Source of the DNA: a virus
Length of the DNA stretch: 64,000 bases
IMG/VR virus record: IMGVR_UViG_3300047476_001329
Reading direction: 5' to 3' (one strand)
The translations under genes and the position numbers were made by a program. Under the pieces are notes generated by a model. The model had not been told where the DNA came from. It made no database searches and saw nothing but the letters and a program-made list of their open reading frames with translations. Positions 28,174 through 37,714 of this stretch are shown piece after piece. Each line of letters starts with the position of its first letter. The first letter of the stretch is position 1.

Positions 28174-28548
28174 ATGAAAATAGCATTAATTGCACACGAT
28201 GGAAAAAAGGCTGACATGGTCGCCTTTGTCATGAAGAGATTAGATTTCTTCAATCGAAACGATGTTGACATTGTAGCAACAGGAACAACAGGTAAACGAA
28301 TTATGTTTGCTGGTGTGACTAAAGTAGAACAAGTGAACTCGGGACCAATGGGAGGTGATGCAGAAATTGCGTCCATGGTATCAAGAAAAGAAATTGACGC
28401 AGTCATATTTTTTAGAGACCCATTGGATAAACATCCTCACGAACCTGATGTACAGATGTTAATGAGAGTATGTGATGTTCACGAGGTTGCACTTGCAACC
28501 AATTACTCGAGTGCGAGAATGGTGGTTGACCATTTCACAAAAATTTAA
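28174..28548 (+). CDS. mgsA: methylglyoxal synthase
   Basis: 'MKIALIAHDGKK', 'VATGTTGKRI', 'NSGPMGGDAEIASMV', 'VIFFRDPLDKHPHEPDVQMLMRVCDV' match E. coli MgsA motif-for-motif, including the catalytic His-Asp of 'AHD'. Confidence 0.8.
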   Translation: MKIALIAHDGKKADMVAFVMKRLDFFNRNDVDIVATGTTGKRIMFAGVTKVEQVNSGPMGGDAEIASMVSRKEIDAVIFFRDPLDKHPHEPDVQMLMRVCDVHEVALATNYSSARMVVDHFTKI

Positions 28549-28589
28549 AAACTGGAACAATAATTGTCTAATCCTCAAACACAAAAATT

Positions 28590-29156
28590 ATGTTTTACAA
28601 ATATGATGATTCCTTACTCCTTTGGAAAAAGGATTGGAAAAAGGTTAAGATAGCACTATCGGTTGTAATTGTATTGGTTGTCTCTTCTTTTATCTTGGGT
28701 CGATTTATGAGATTCAAAAGTTTGGACACCTACGAAAAAGAACTAATAGTTATTTCCTTGGAAAAAGAAAAGAACAAATTCTCGGAAGAGAAATTTGTAT
28801 CAGAGTTGAAAAGGTTAAATGTTAAGTTCCCACATATTGTGATGGCTCAGGCAATTGCCGAGACAGGACATTACAAAAGTCAGGTGTTCAAAGAGAATCA
28901 TAATTTGTTTGGTATGAAACAAGCAACGGTGAGAATTAATACCGCAAAAGGAACTCAGAATGGTCACGCCTACTATGATAATTGGTATCAATCAGTATAT
29001 GATTATGCGTTTTATCAATGTCGTTACTTGGGTCAAATAAATACGGAGAATGAATATTACCTGTATTTATCAAGTACTTACGCTGAAGCCGGTGACGGTT
29101 ATGTTAAGTTGGTAAAAAATATAATAGAAAGTGAAAAATTAAAAGAAAAATTTTAA
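28590..29156 (+). CDS. membrane-anchored N-acetylglucosaminidase (FlgJ-like lysin)
   Basis: N-terminal TM, then 'AQAIAETGHYKSQVFKENHNLFGMK' is the glucosaminidase active-site region. Confidence 0.6.
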   Translation: MFYKYDDSLLLWKKDWKKVKIALSVVIVLVVSSFILGRFMRFKSLDTYEKELIVISLEKEKNKFSEEKFVSELKRLNVKFPHIVMAQAIAETGHYKSQVFKENHNLFGMKQATVRINTAKGTQNGHAYYDNWYQSVYDYAFYQCRYLGQINTENEYYLYLSSTYAEAGDGYVKLVKNIIESEKLKEKF

Positions 29157-29157
29157 A

Positions 29158-29478
29158 ATGATATCAAAACAAATTAAATTTTTATTGGTGTTGATTATGA
29201 TACTAGTTTCTTTAGGTGTACTATTTTTAAATAGACCCGATTCAAAAGAAACAAGTACACCCATTAAAGATGAATTAATAAAAGAAGAAACTCAACCAAT
29301 CGGTAAATGGGAACCTCTACCCGTTATAAGTTGTGAGGAAATCTTCACAAATCAATATCATGTCACATTTAGAAATGGTATAACTATTCTAACAAACGAC
29401 CCTGCGGAAGTTGGGGACACCACAAAATGTTGGATGAACAAAACAATTGATTCCGTGACGTTTGAGAAACCATACTAA
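29158..29478 (+). CDS. membrane protein (possible lysis-associated)
   Basis: N-terminal TM 'FLLVLIMILVSLGVLFL'. Immediately downstream of the lysin. Followed by a terminator. Confidence 0.3.
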   Translation: MISKQIKFLLVLIMILVSLGVLFLNRPDSKETSTPIKDELIKEETQPIGKWEPLPVISCEEIFTNQYHVTFRNGITILTNDPAEVGDTTKCWMNKTIDSVTFEKPY

Positions 29479-29482
29479 TTAA

Positions 29483-29510
29483 ATTCCCCCGTTGTAGGGG
29501 AATTTTTTTT
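29483..29510 (+). terminator. Rho-independent terminator
   Basis: 'attcccc cgttgta ggggaat' followed by a T8 run. Confidence 0.7.
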
Positions 29511-29583
29511 GGAATACTTTTGGAAAACCGATTTCTTTTTCTTATATTTTATTATTGATGAATGTACATTAATAAGGAATATA

Positions 29584-30693
29584 ATGAAAGTAAACATATC
29601 AAATGCAACCTTTTCTTCGATAGTCGGTATTGGTCAAAAAGTAAAAAGGGCAGCAAACGAATCGGGTAACACATATCTTGAATTAAACAGGGGAGTTAAT
29701 GCGGTAACAGAAATTGACCTGACCGAAATAATGAATCAGGTTGATTTTAATTCAAAAGAATTCCAAGTCTACGCACCGAATTTAGGTATTGAATCATTTA
29801 GAAATTCTATTGTCTCAGAATACTTCCCTTCCTTTGTAAACACACCCAACTTTATCAATAATATTGCCATCACACCAGGAGGAATGCCCGCCTTGGACTT
29901 GGTAATTCAATTACTGAATGTTGAGAACATTTACTTCCCACAATTTTATTGGGGGTCTTATTCTAAAATGGCTACAATAAGACAGAAATCGTTTTCTTTT
30001 TACGAATCATTAGAGTCGATTGACCCATCAACCTTAAGTGAATCTTCATGTATCTTTATTTGTGACCCCAACAATCCTACAGGGGTTAAAATGGATGATA
30101 ATATATTGTTCAGAAAGATATATGAAATATCTATGACAGGTGCAATTATCATTTTTGATTCTCCATATAGAAAGTTGTTTTATGATGATGATTTTTTTGA
30201 TAAGGTTGCACACTTGGATAATGTGATTATCACCGAATCGTTCTCAAAATGGGTTGGGTTATCTGGTTTAAGAATGGGTTTTATTTTTTGTAAGGACAAA
30301 GACTTTAACTCAGAACTTAATATCAGATTACTCTATGAATTCAATGCGGTTTCCTCACCCTCACAAATGATAATTGAAAAGGTGTTAACAACACCTCAAG
30401 GAAGAGAATCACTGAACATTTTCAAGGAGGTTACCACAAATAACATCAGAAAGAATATTGAATACCTCAAGGAGAAAGATTTATTAGTTAAGGAGATTTA
30501 TGGTGAATCATCACCCATGGGAATTTTCGCTGTTGTAAATAAATCTGAAGATTATTTGTTTCAACATAGAATTGGTGCGGTTGGTTTGGATAAGTTTGTT
30601 TACCATGACAAAGATTTATGGTCGTCTTATTCCAGAATTTGTGTATCAGTACAACATGAATTATTTAAAAAATATTTATTAAACTTAAAATAA
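29584..30693 (+). CDS. PLP-dependent aminotransferase (class I/II fold)
   Basis: Start moved to the ATG at 29584 because the track ORF begins inside the terminator. 'SFSKWVGLSGLRMGFIF' contains the PLP-Lys region typical of aminotransferases. Confidence 0.55.
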   Translation: MKVNISNATFSSIVGIGQKVKRAANESGNTYLELNRGVNAVTEIDLTEIMNQVDFNSKEFQVYAPNLGIESFRNSIVSEYFPSFVNTPNFINNIAITPGGMPALDLVIQLLNVENIYFPQFYWGSYSKMATIRQKSFSFYESLESIDPSTLSESSCIFICDPNNPTGVKMDDNILFRKIYEISMTGAIIIFDSPYRKLFYDDDFFDKVAHLDNVIITESFSKWVGLSGLRMGFIFCKDKDFNSELNIRLLYEFNAVSSPSQMIIEKVLTTPQGRESLNIFKEVTTNNIRKNIEYLKEKDLLVKEIYGESSPMGIFAVVNKSEDYLFQHRIGAVGLDKFVYHDKDLWSSYSRICVSVQHELFKKYLLNLK

Positions 30694-30699
30694 AATAAA

Positions 30700-30918
30700 A
30701 TGCAAACATTAGTTTTTAACACAACAAACAAAGAAGTTAAACTTTATGAGGGTGAAAAAAGTCACACTAAATTATTGGACATTATTACTAACGTACCAAC
30801 TGTTAGAGTTTCTGAGAACGGTTATTATGAGGTCATGAAAAAGATAGATGGTGAAGAAAAAAACGCACCTGTTTTGAGAGTACCTATTTCACACACAAAC
30901 ATGTTTATAGAAAAGTAA
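30700..30918 (+). CDS. hypothetical protein
   Basis: 72-aa ORF. Confidence 0.25.
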   Translation: MQTLVFNTTNKEVKLYEGEKSHTKLLDIITNVPTVRVSENGYYEVMKKIDGEEKNAPVLRVPISHTNMFIEK

Positions 30919-30919
30919 T

Positions 30920-32836
30920 ATGGCTAAGTTCGTACCGAGCAAATATCAAAAGGATATCTTTAATTTCATTTTAAAAGACAATCGTAACGCGGTGGTTTCC
31001 GCTGTTGCTGGTAGTGGTAAAACAACTACGTTGTTGAAAGCTTTGGATTTAATACCTGAAGATAAGTCGGTATTATTTTTGGCGTTCAATGTTAGTATCA
31101 GAGATGAATTAAAAAGAAGAATCCCCGAAAACAAAAACATCGAGGTAATGACCCTTAATGGTTTTGGGTATACAATCATGAGAAACATGTACGATTGTGG
31201 GGTGGACGATAAAAGTTTAAAATATCGTAATCTTTTTTGGGACATCATCAAATTTTTCAATGGGGAAAAACCTGATGGTCTTGACAAATATGGTTTTAAC
31301 GAAGAACAATACAAATACATTAAGAACATATATGATGCGTGTCAAGGTGAAAACATTGATAGGTATAAGTTTGTTAGTGATGTGGTATCTCTTTGTAATC
31401 TATCGAGACAAAATTTAATAAATTTTGAAATTAAACCGATTGGTGTTGGGGAGATAAACAAGATTGCCGAGGTTCACTCAATTAGTAATCAGGATGGTGA
31501 ATCTACCGCAGCGTGGTATCTATCTAAGTTAGGTATGTCATATCTAAAGATTATTGATTATACCGACATGATTTGTTTGCCAGTTCTTTTGAATCATCGA
31601 GGTCCAACATATGATTTTGTTTTCATCGATGAATGTCAGGATTTAAATACTTGTCATAGGCATCTAATGCATAATGCCATGAAATCTGACGGTGGTAGAT
31701 TCATTGCAGTAGGTGACCCTAAACAAGCGATTTATGCTTTTGCCGGTGCTGACCACGAATCATATCAGAAATTAAAAGATTTACCCAATACAATCGAATT
31801 ACCCCTATCTTACACGTATAGAGTTTCACCTGAAATTGTTAATTTGGTTAGACATCTCAATCCCGCGATAATGGCTCACACAAAAAATAGACCGGGAAGA
31901 GTCTTGGAAAATTTTTCTTATAAAGATATACAAGACGGAGACATGGTGATATGTAGAAATACATTCCCTGTTGTTTCATTGTGTCTGAGATTACTAAGTG
32001 AAGGTAAGAAATCATATATCATCGGTTCAGATTTTGGTAAATCCTTGACTAAAATGATATCGGATTGTCAAAAGAAAATGGACGAGTTCAACATGATGAA
32101 CGTATTATGTTGTTTACTTAAAGACAAGGAGAAGTTGATTGAAAAAATAATGACTAATCACACAATGAAACGAGGTGAGGCTCTTGAAGACAGTCAAGTA
32201 ATTCTTTTGTCCGAAAAAATTCAAGCCATTGAAGTGTTATCATATGGGATAGACGACCCCAATGAGGTAATTAAAAAAATCGATGCCATATTTTCTGATG
32301 ATAAAAAGACCGGTATTTGTTTAAGTAATGTGCACAAAGCAAAAGGACTTGAAGCTGAAAGAGTTTTTATTATCCACCAAGATTTATTCCCATCAAAATA
32401 TGCGATTCTACCATGGCAAATTGAACAAGAAAAAAACTTAGAATATGTTGCATACACAAGGGCGAAAACGACCTTAGGGTTTGTTACAGATTTCGACGCG
32501 TTTGCCAGTCACAAGACACGAGATATTGACCCATCAAAAATTAAAATAAGTAATCATGTTGGTAAACCCGGTATGAAAATGTATTTTGAATTAATAGTGT
32601 CCGATAAAAGAATAGTGGATTCACCATATGGAGGTAAAGACGTGGTTTATGATTTGGTGGATAAGAATGGAAACGTTTTTAGTAAGTGGGGTGACATAAG
32701 TGAGGAATACTTATCAACTCACCAACATCAATCTGTCGAAATTAATTCAAAAGTTTCTTTTTATGCAATGATAAAAGACCATGGTCAATTTAGGGGTAAC
32801 AAAGTCACAAAATTGGGTAAAATATCTCACTACTAA
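30920..32836 (+). CDS. UvrD/PcrA-like superfamily 1 DNA helicase
   Basis: Walker A 'AVAGSGKTTTLLKA', 'FVFIDECQDL' (motif II DExx), 'IAVGDPKQAIYAFAGA' (motif III), 'LSNVHKAKGLEAERVFI' (motif VI-like). Confidence 0.65.
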   Translation: MAKFVPSKYQKDIFNFILKDNRNAVVSAVAGSGKTTTLLKALDLIPEDKSVLFLAFNVSIRDELKRRIPENKNIEVMTLNGFGYTIMRNMYDCGVDDKSLKYRNLFWDIIKFFNGEKPDGLDKYGFNEEQYKYIKNIYDACQGENIDRYKFVSDVVSLCNLSRQNLINFEIKPIGVGEINKIAEVHSISNQDGESTAAWYLSKLGMSYLKIIDYTDMICLPVLLNHRGPTYDFVFIDECQDLNTCHRHLMHNAMKSDGGRFIAVGDPKQAIYAFAGADHESYQKLKDLPNTIELPLSYTYRVSPEIVNLVRHLNPAIMAHTKNRPGRVLENFSYKDIQDGDMVICRNTFPVVSLCLRLLSEGKKSYIIGSDFGKSLTKMISDCQKKMDEFNMMNVLCCLLKDKEKLIEKIMTNHTMKRGEALEDSQVILLSEKIQAIEVLSYGIDDPNEVIKKIDAIFSDDKKTGICLSNVHKAKGLEAERVFIIHQDLFPSKYAILPWQIEQEKNLEYVAYTRAKTTLGFVTDFDAFASHKTRDIDPSKIKISNHVGKPGMKMYFELIVSDKRIVDSPYGGKDVVYDLVDKNGNVFSKWGDISEEYLSTHQHQSVEINSKVSFYAMIKDHGQFRGNKVTKLGKISHY

Positions 32837-32872
32837 ATTGATTATTTAAAACATTTTTAATATATTTGAACA

Positions 32873-33361
32873 ATGGGATGTGATATACATGTTTACTTAG
32901 AAAAATACACCTCGGTAAACGGGGTAAACAAGTGGGTCAATGTGGACCATTGGCAGATAAACCCAAGCTTTGGTGTTCATGAAGATGAACGCGAATATCA
33001 ATTAATATCATTTTATTGGGGGAGGAACTATGACTTGTTCAGTATTCTTGCCGAGGTGAGGGGTTCTCTTGACCCCATTGACGACCCTCGGGGGTTACCA
33101 GAGGATGTAACGGATATTACACGAAAAGAGTTTGAAAGGTGGGGTCGAGATGCTCACACACCATCTTATTATACATTAAAAGAACTCAAAGATTACCTCT
33201 ATAACAATTCAGAAGATGAGGAAATAACGGAAACACTAAAACTATTCATTGAACCTATGGAAAATAGGTTCAGAGAAGAATTTTGGATAACAAATGATGA
33301 TGAAAAAAGATATACCGTGAAGGAAAATGCTTTTAGAGTTGTATTTTGGTTTGACAATTAA
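32873..33361 (+). CDS. hypothetical protein
   Basis: 162-aa ORF. Confidence 0.35.
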   Translation: MGCDIHVYLEKYTSVNGVNKWVNVDHWQINPSFGVHEDEREYQLISFYWGRNYDLFSILAEVRGSLDPIDDPRGLPEDVTDITRKEFERWGRDAHTPSYYTLKELKDYLYNNSEDEEITETLKLFIEPMENRFREEFWITNDDEKRYTVKENAFRVVFWFDN

Positions 33362-33657
33362 AACATATGGACGATAAATTATATAAAGCGGCGATAGATT
33401 TTGTACAGAGATACGAATCTGAAAATGTTAGTGAACACATCATCAACATTATAGTGTCTGTCATGAGAACAAGAGATGGTATCGGACCCATCGGTGGTAG
33501 TTTTGTACAATCTATCGTTAATAACGATTTGTACGGGGCAATGGTAAGGGCAGACAAAGAATGTTTGAAACATATAAAACTAATCACATTATCAAGAAAC
33601 AATTGTTTCTGTGAGATATGATTTTGTTTTTTGAAAAAAATAACTTATAATTAGACT

Positions 33658-33912
33658 ATGAAAAAATTCACATTGATATTATTTCTTGGAGTAATCTTTA
33701 TGTCTTGTAAGTACAAATCTACTTTTACCGACACGAAGATTAAATGTGTGATTGATTCTGTAGAATACCATGGCGTTGGTCACGATAATACTTTACAAAC
33801 CACACCGTATTGGAAGTTATATCTTAGAGAACCTAAGATGAAAATAACCTCATATAGATGTTACGATAAAGGTGACACTATAGAAGTAATTGAAAGAAAA
33901 ATAAAAAAATAA
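33658..33912 (+). CDS. small lipoprotein
   Basis: 'MKKFTLILFLGVIFMSCKY' signal peptide plus lipobox. Confidence 0.35.
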   Translation: MKKFTLILFLGVIFMSCKYKSTFTDTKIKCVIDSVEYHGVGHDNTLQTTPYWKLYLREPKMKITSYRCYDKGDTIEVIERKIKK

Positions 33913-33915
33913 TAT

Positions 33916-34788
33916 ATGATTAACAGAACCTTTTCACCTGAATGGAAATTATGGATTTGGTCAAACGTCGTAAACGGATACGATAAGGAATCTATTTTTA
34001 ATGTTTTATTAAATAATGGATTCGATTACAATTTGATAAAAAAAGAATTAGAGATTGAACCAACCAACGCATTAATTTGGCAAAGACAATACTCACAAGA
34101 AAATTTAAACCAACCATACGAGGTTGAGATTTATCCATTCAATAAATCTTTATGTGATAACCCAAGAGCATATCGAATTGAAAATAACTTGGTGGAAATT
34201 TATCATTTTCCTGAAATCCTAACTTTGTCTGAGTGTGATGAGTTGGTTTCATTAACCAATAAGAAATTAAATTCACAGAAAAAGGCGAAGGATTCTAACT
34301 CACCATTGATTTATAAATTAGACAAGAAATCTGAAATCTATAAAACCGTAAACGACAGGTTAAATTCTGTTGTTGGTATGTTGGATTCTTTTGGTGAAGA
34401 CATTTACATTCAGAAAATAACACCTGAATTTGAATACGAAGAAAGATACGATTTCTTACTTCCTAACCAAGTTGAGGGAGATAGGTTATTCACAACTATG
34501 GGTAATCGTTTGTGGAGTATTCAAATCTCACTAAATAACATCACCGACGGTGGACACCTGACTTTCCATTCGATTGATAGAAGTGTTAAACCAGTAAAAG
34601 GTGAAGCGGTAATTTGGAAGAATCTTTATCATGATTCACAACCAAACCCATACACTAAACATGTACATTTCAAAACCAATGAAGGTGACAAATATGTATT
34701 GTTTAAACATTATAGAATGGCCGATGGGAGTCAAGTGAAGATAGAGGGTCAACAAGAAATAGAAATACAATTAGATGAAATCAAATAG
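33916..34788 (+). CDS. hypothetical protein, possibly 2OG-Fe(II) oxygenase-like
   Basis: 'HLTFHSID' (H-x-D) and later 'HVHFK'. Weak. Confidence 0.3.
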   Translation: MINRTFSPEWKLWIWSNVVNGYDKESIFNVLLNNGFDYNLIKKELEIEPTNALIWQRQYSQENLNQPYEVEIYPFNKSLCDNPRAYRIENNLVEIYHFPEILTLSECDELVSLTNKKLNSQKKAKDSNSPLIYKLDKKSEIYKTVNDRLNSVVGMLDSFGEDIYIQKITPEFEYEERYDFLLPNQVEGDRLFTTMGNRLWSIQISLNNITDGGHLTFHSIDRSVKPVKGEAVIWKNLYHDSQPNPYTKHVHFKTNEGDKYVLFKHYRMADGSQVKIEGQQEIEIQLDEIK

Positions 34789-35011
34789 AATCATATTTAT
34801 TTTACTTATTCTAATTATAAGTTCATGTAGTGAACCTAACGCTCGTGAGGTAAAAACCGAAAAGAATACCCCTCAATCTATCAAACTACCTAATCAGTCT
34901 GATTTTAGAGTGTATGAGTGGAACCATAAAGGTCACACATATTTAATAATTGATGATAGTCATGGCTCAGGAATCACTCACGCAGGACACTGTGAATGTA
35001 ATATCAGATGA
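34775..35011 (+). CDS. small lipoprotein
   Basis: 'IFILLILIISSCSEPN' has a lipobox. Confidence 0.3.
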   Translation: MKSNRIIFILLILIISSCSEPNAREVKTEKNTPQSIKLPNQSDFRVYEWNHKGHTYLIIDDSHGSGITHAGHCECNIR

Positions 35012-35079
35012 TTTAACACCTGAACAAGAAGATATCTTGTGGTGGGAGCACTATAAGAAATACTATTTAATCGAAGATA

Positions 35080-35619
35080 ATGGGGAGTCTCAATTTTCAT
35101 GAGGATATTAAAATAGGTTTAACCAACGAACAAATAGTCGTGGACATATTTGAAAGGGAATATGACGCGAAATGTGTTGGTAAGAGTGAAAAGGAAATTG
35201 GGAATCACAAAGAATTTGATTTAATATTTAATTTCCCAACAAAATCGAATGTGATTGCTGAAGTAAAGACTGAGGATAAATGGGTCCAACCCGGTAGAAG
35301 TTTACCAAATGGAGCATATTTTCCCGGTATTGACACAGGTAACTTGTGTATTGAGTATATGATGCACGGAAAAGATAGTGGTATCATGGTCACTAAATCA
35401 GATTTGTGGGTGATTGTATTCATGAACATAAAAGAAGTTTGGGTAATTAGAACCGAAAAATTAAGGAATTTAATTTCTGAGAATAACTTCAAAATTAAAA
35501 TTGGTGGTGATGAAGTTTATGCTGGTACTAACACTTTAATACCAGAAGAAAAGAGGTCACACATGTATCTAATTCCAAGAAAAGACTTTGAGAGTCACTT
35601 TACAATTTTAAAATACTAA
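35080..35619 (+). CDS. hypothetical protein, possible PD-(D/E)xK nuclease fold
   Basis: 'EFDLIFNF...AEVKTED' has D...E-x-K spacing. Weak. Confidence 0.3.
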   Translation: MGSLNFHEDIKIGLTNEQIVVDIFEREYDAKCVGKSEKEIGNHKEFDLIFNFPTKSNVIAEVKTEDKWVQPGRSLPNGAYFPGIDTGNLCIEYMMHGKDSGIMVTKSDLWVIVFMNIKEVWVIRTEKLRNLISENNFKIKIGGDEVYAGTNTLIPEEKRSHMYLIPRKDFESHFTILKY

Positions 35620-36032
35620 TAAGAACTTTCACTAACAAAGTCTCTAAGTATTTGACCCATCACATTAGCAAAATTTAATTGTAATAGTTCTTCCTGAGTA
35701 ACGAATCTCAGATATTGACCTTCATTTAAAGGGATTTCCTCAAGTGGTTTATTGATTACACCTCTGAATATATATTTCACGTTAGGTGTCACATCCCCTT
35801 CTGTACAAACATATTTTTTCCAAAAAGAAAAACTTCTTAAGTCACTCGTGGTTTGTTCAATCTCCTCCATCATTTCCCTTTTAAGTGCTTCGATGGGTGT
35901 TTCTCTTTTTTCAACATGACCGCCAATTAAGTCCCAATGATTGGGAAATGGAATTTCAGGATTATCATCCCTAAGGTAAACCAAATATTTACCTTCTAGA
36001 TTTTGGAGAATTATTTGAGATATTTGTACCAT
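35616..36032 (-). CDS. Nudix hydrolase
   Basis: Nudix box 'GGHVEKRETPIEALKREMMEEIE'. Confidence 0.7.
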   Translation of the reverse strand: MVQISQIILQNLEGKYLVYLRDDNPEIPFPNHWDLIGGHVEKRETPIEALKREMMEEIEQTTSDLRSFSFWKKYVCTEGDVTPNVKYIFRGVINKPLEEIPLNEGQYLRFVTQEELLQLNFANVMGQILRDFVSESSY

Positions 36033-36070
36033 AGCTTGGAATTATAAAGATAAATATTTATACTTTACTT

Positions 36071-36241
36071 ATGGAAATATTTTTAATGACTTTGACAGTC
36101 TTATTTTTGATAGTCGCATGGTTGTTTTCAACATCACTAACAGTGGGTGGTAAACATGATTTCACGGCCTTTAAATTAAAATCTATTTTTTATTGGGTTT
36201 CAATAACCGTCTCTTTTATTGCGGGATATTTAATAAAATAA
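36071..36241 (+). CDS. small membrane protein (56 aa)
   Basis: Unlisted ORF 'MEIFLMTLTVLFLIVAWLFSTSLTVGG...'. Confidence 0.25.
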   Translation: MEIFLMTLTVLFLIVAWLFSTSLTVGGKHDFTAFKLKSIFYWVSITVSFIAGYLIK

Positions 36242-36254
36242 ACTTTTAAATATA

Positions 36255-36458
36255 ATGAGTAATTCAGAGATTCACGAACACTATGGGTGGTTAGCATTTA
36301 ACGAGGGTTTCTTCAATGAATGGAGAGACGAGGTTGCCCATAGATTGACATCTCTAAACCCCTTTGATAGTGCTAGAGAAGATGTGAGAGCCGATTTATC
36401 CGTACAAGTTTTTAAGGAAATGACGAGTCAAAGAAAGCAACTTGAATTAGGTGAATAA
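36255..36458 (+). CDS. hypothetical protein
   Basis: 67-aa ORF. Confidence 0.25.
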   Translation: MSNSEIHEHYGWLAFNEGFFNEWRDEVAHRLTSLNPFDSAREDVRADLSVQVFKEMTSQRKQLELGE

Positions 36459-36466
36459 TATGGTTT

Positions 36467-36925
36467 ATGAATTTTTTAGAAAAAGTTAAATTATTAATTG
36501 ATAAAAGATACACATCCCCATTTCTTAAAAGACATAAGGATGATTATTTTTGTAATAGGTGGTGGTGTCATAAGGTTCAAATTTCCACAATCCCATTATC
36601 TGAAATTAAGAGCAACATAAAATCAATAGGGATAGATGAACCGAAATACAGACAAATAGAATACGAAATATTAGAAAGAGGGTTTGATTATAGTAAAAGT
36701 TACATTTATCTTTCCTCAAAAAAATATATTACAGACGGTCATCACAGGTATTTCATTTTAAAAAAACATTTTGATGATACATTAATGATTACTGTTTATA
36801 TCTTAACAGATATGAAGAATCGATATGGTTATGTCTTAAAAGTTTCTTTAGTGCATTTATTTGTTTGGTTCTATAGAACTCTTTTTAGAAGGGAGAAGGG
36901 TCAAGTTATAGAATTGGATGTTTAG
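36467..36925 (+). CDS. ParB/Srx-like nuclease domain protein
   Basis: 'YITDGHHRYFILK' contains the DGHHR motif. Confidence 0.45.
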   Translation: MNFLEKVKLLIDKRYTSPFLKRHKDDYFCNRWWCHKVQISTIPLSEIKSNIKSIGIDEPKYRQIEYEILERGFDYSKSYIYLSSKKYITDGHHRYFILKKHFDDTLMITVYILTDMKNRYGYVLKVSLVHLFVWFYRTLFRREKGQVIELDV

Positions 36926-36946
36926 TTTTTATTAAAATTAAGTTAA

Positions 36947-36970
36947 AGGGGGAAAGTTTCCCCTTTTTTA
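36947..36970 (+). terminator. Rho-independent terminator
   Basis: 'gggggaaagtttcccc' followed by a T6 run. Confidence 0.6.
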
Positions 36971-36997
36971 TTTAGCTTTATTCTGATAATTATTGGT

Positions 36998-37714
36998 ATG
37001 AGAATAGATGCTCTTTTTATTTCAGATGTACATCTTGGAACCAAGGGTTCCAACTCTGAAATGGTATTAAATGTTTTGAAACATTATGAACCCGATTATC
37101 TTTTTTTAGTGGGGGATATTATAGATGGTTGGATGTTACAAAAAAGATTCAGGTGGAAACAAAATGATACCAACGTAATCAGAAAGATTTTGTCACATTC
37201 AAAAAGAGGTGCTAAAGTCATTTATATTACAGGAAACCATGATGAATTTTTAAGACAATACAATGACCTATCTTTAGGTAACATTGAAATATGTGATGAG
37301 TATAAGTACGGTAATGTTTTTATATGTCACGGTGATATGTACGATGGTGTTGTTAAATTGAAATGGTTAGGTGTGCTAGGTTCAATTGGATATGATTTAG
37401 CGATTTCAATCGACCAGACCCTAAAGAAATTTGGTCACAAACGTTCTCTGTCTAAGTTTTTAAAAGATAGCGTTAAGGAGGCGGTTAAATTCATTACAAG
37501 CTTTGAAGTTGAATTGGTGAGACAAGCCAAGAAAAGAGGTTGTGACACCGTTATTTGTGGTCACATACACAATCCCGAAGATAAAATTATTGAAGACGTT
37601 AGGTATCTAAATTGTGGGGATTGGATTGAAAATAATACGTACATTGTACATAACAATGGTGAATTTAAAATTCATAATTATGACACTTTATCGTCCCCAA
37701 AAAATCAAAAATAA
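36998..37714 (+). CDS. calcineurin-like metallophosphoesterase (LpxH/YfcE-like)
   Basis: 'ALFISDVHLG', 'LFLVGDIIDGW', 'ITGNHDEF', 'ICGHIH'. Confidence 0.65.
   Translation: MRIDALFISDVHLGTKGSNSEMVLNVLKHYEPDYLFLVGDIIDGWMLQKRFRWKQNDTNVIRKILSHSKRGAKVIYITGNHDEFLRQYNDLSLGNIEICDEYKYGNVFICHGDMYDGVVKLKWLGVLGSIGYDLAISIDQTLKKFGHKRSLSKFLKDSVKEAVKFITSFEVELVRQAKKRGCDTVICGHIHNPEDKIIEDVRYLNCGDWIENNTYIVHNNGEFKIHNYDTLSSPKNQK

Noticed and set aside
29509-29583. N-terminal 25 codons of track ORF 29509..30693
   Set aside because: They overlap the terminator hairpin at 29483-29510 and are low-complexity ('MEYFWKTDFFFLYFII'). The start was moved to the ATG at 29584.
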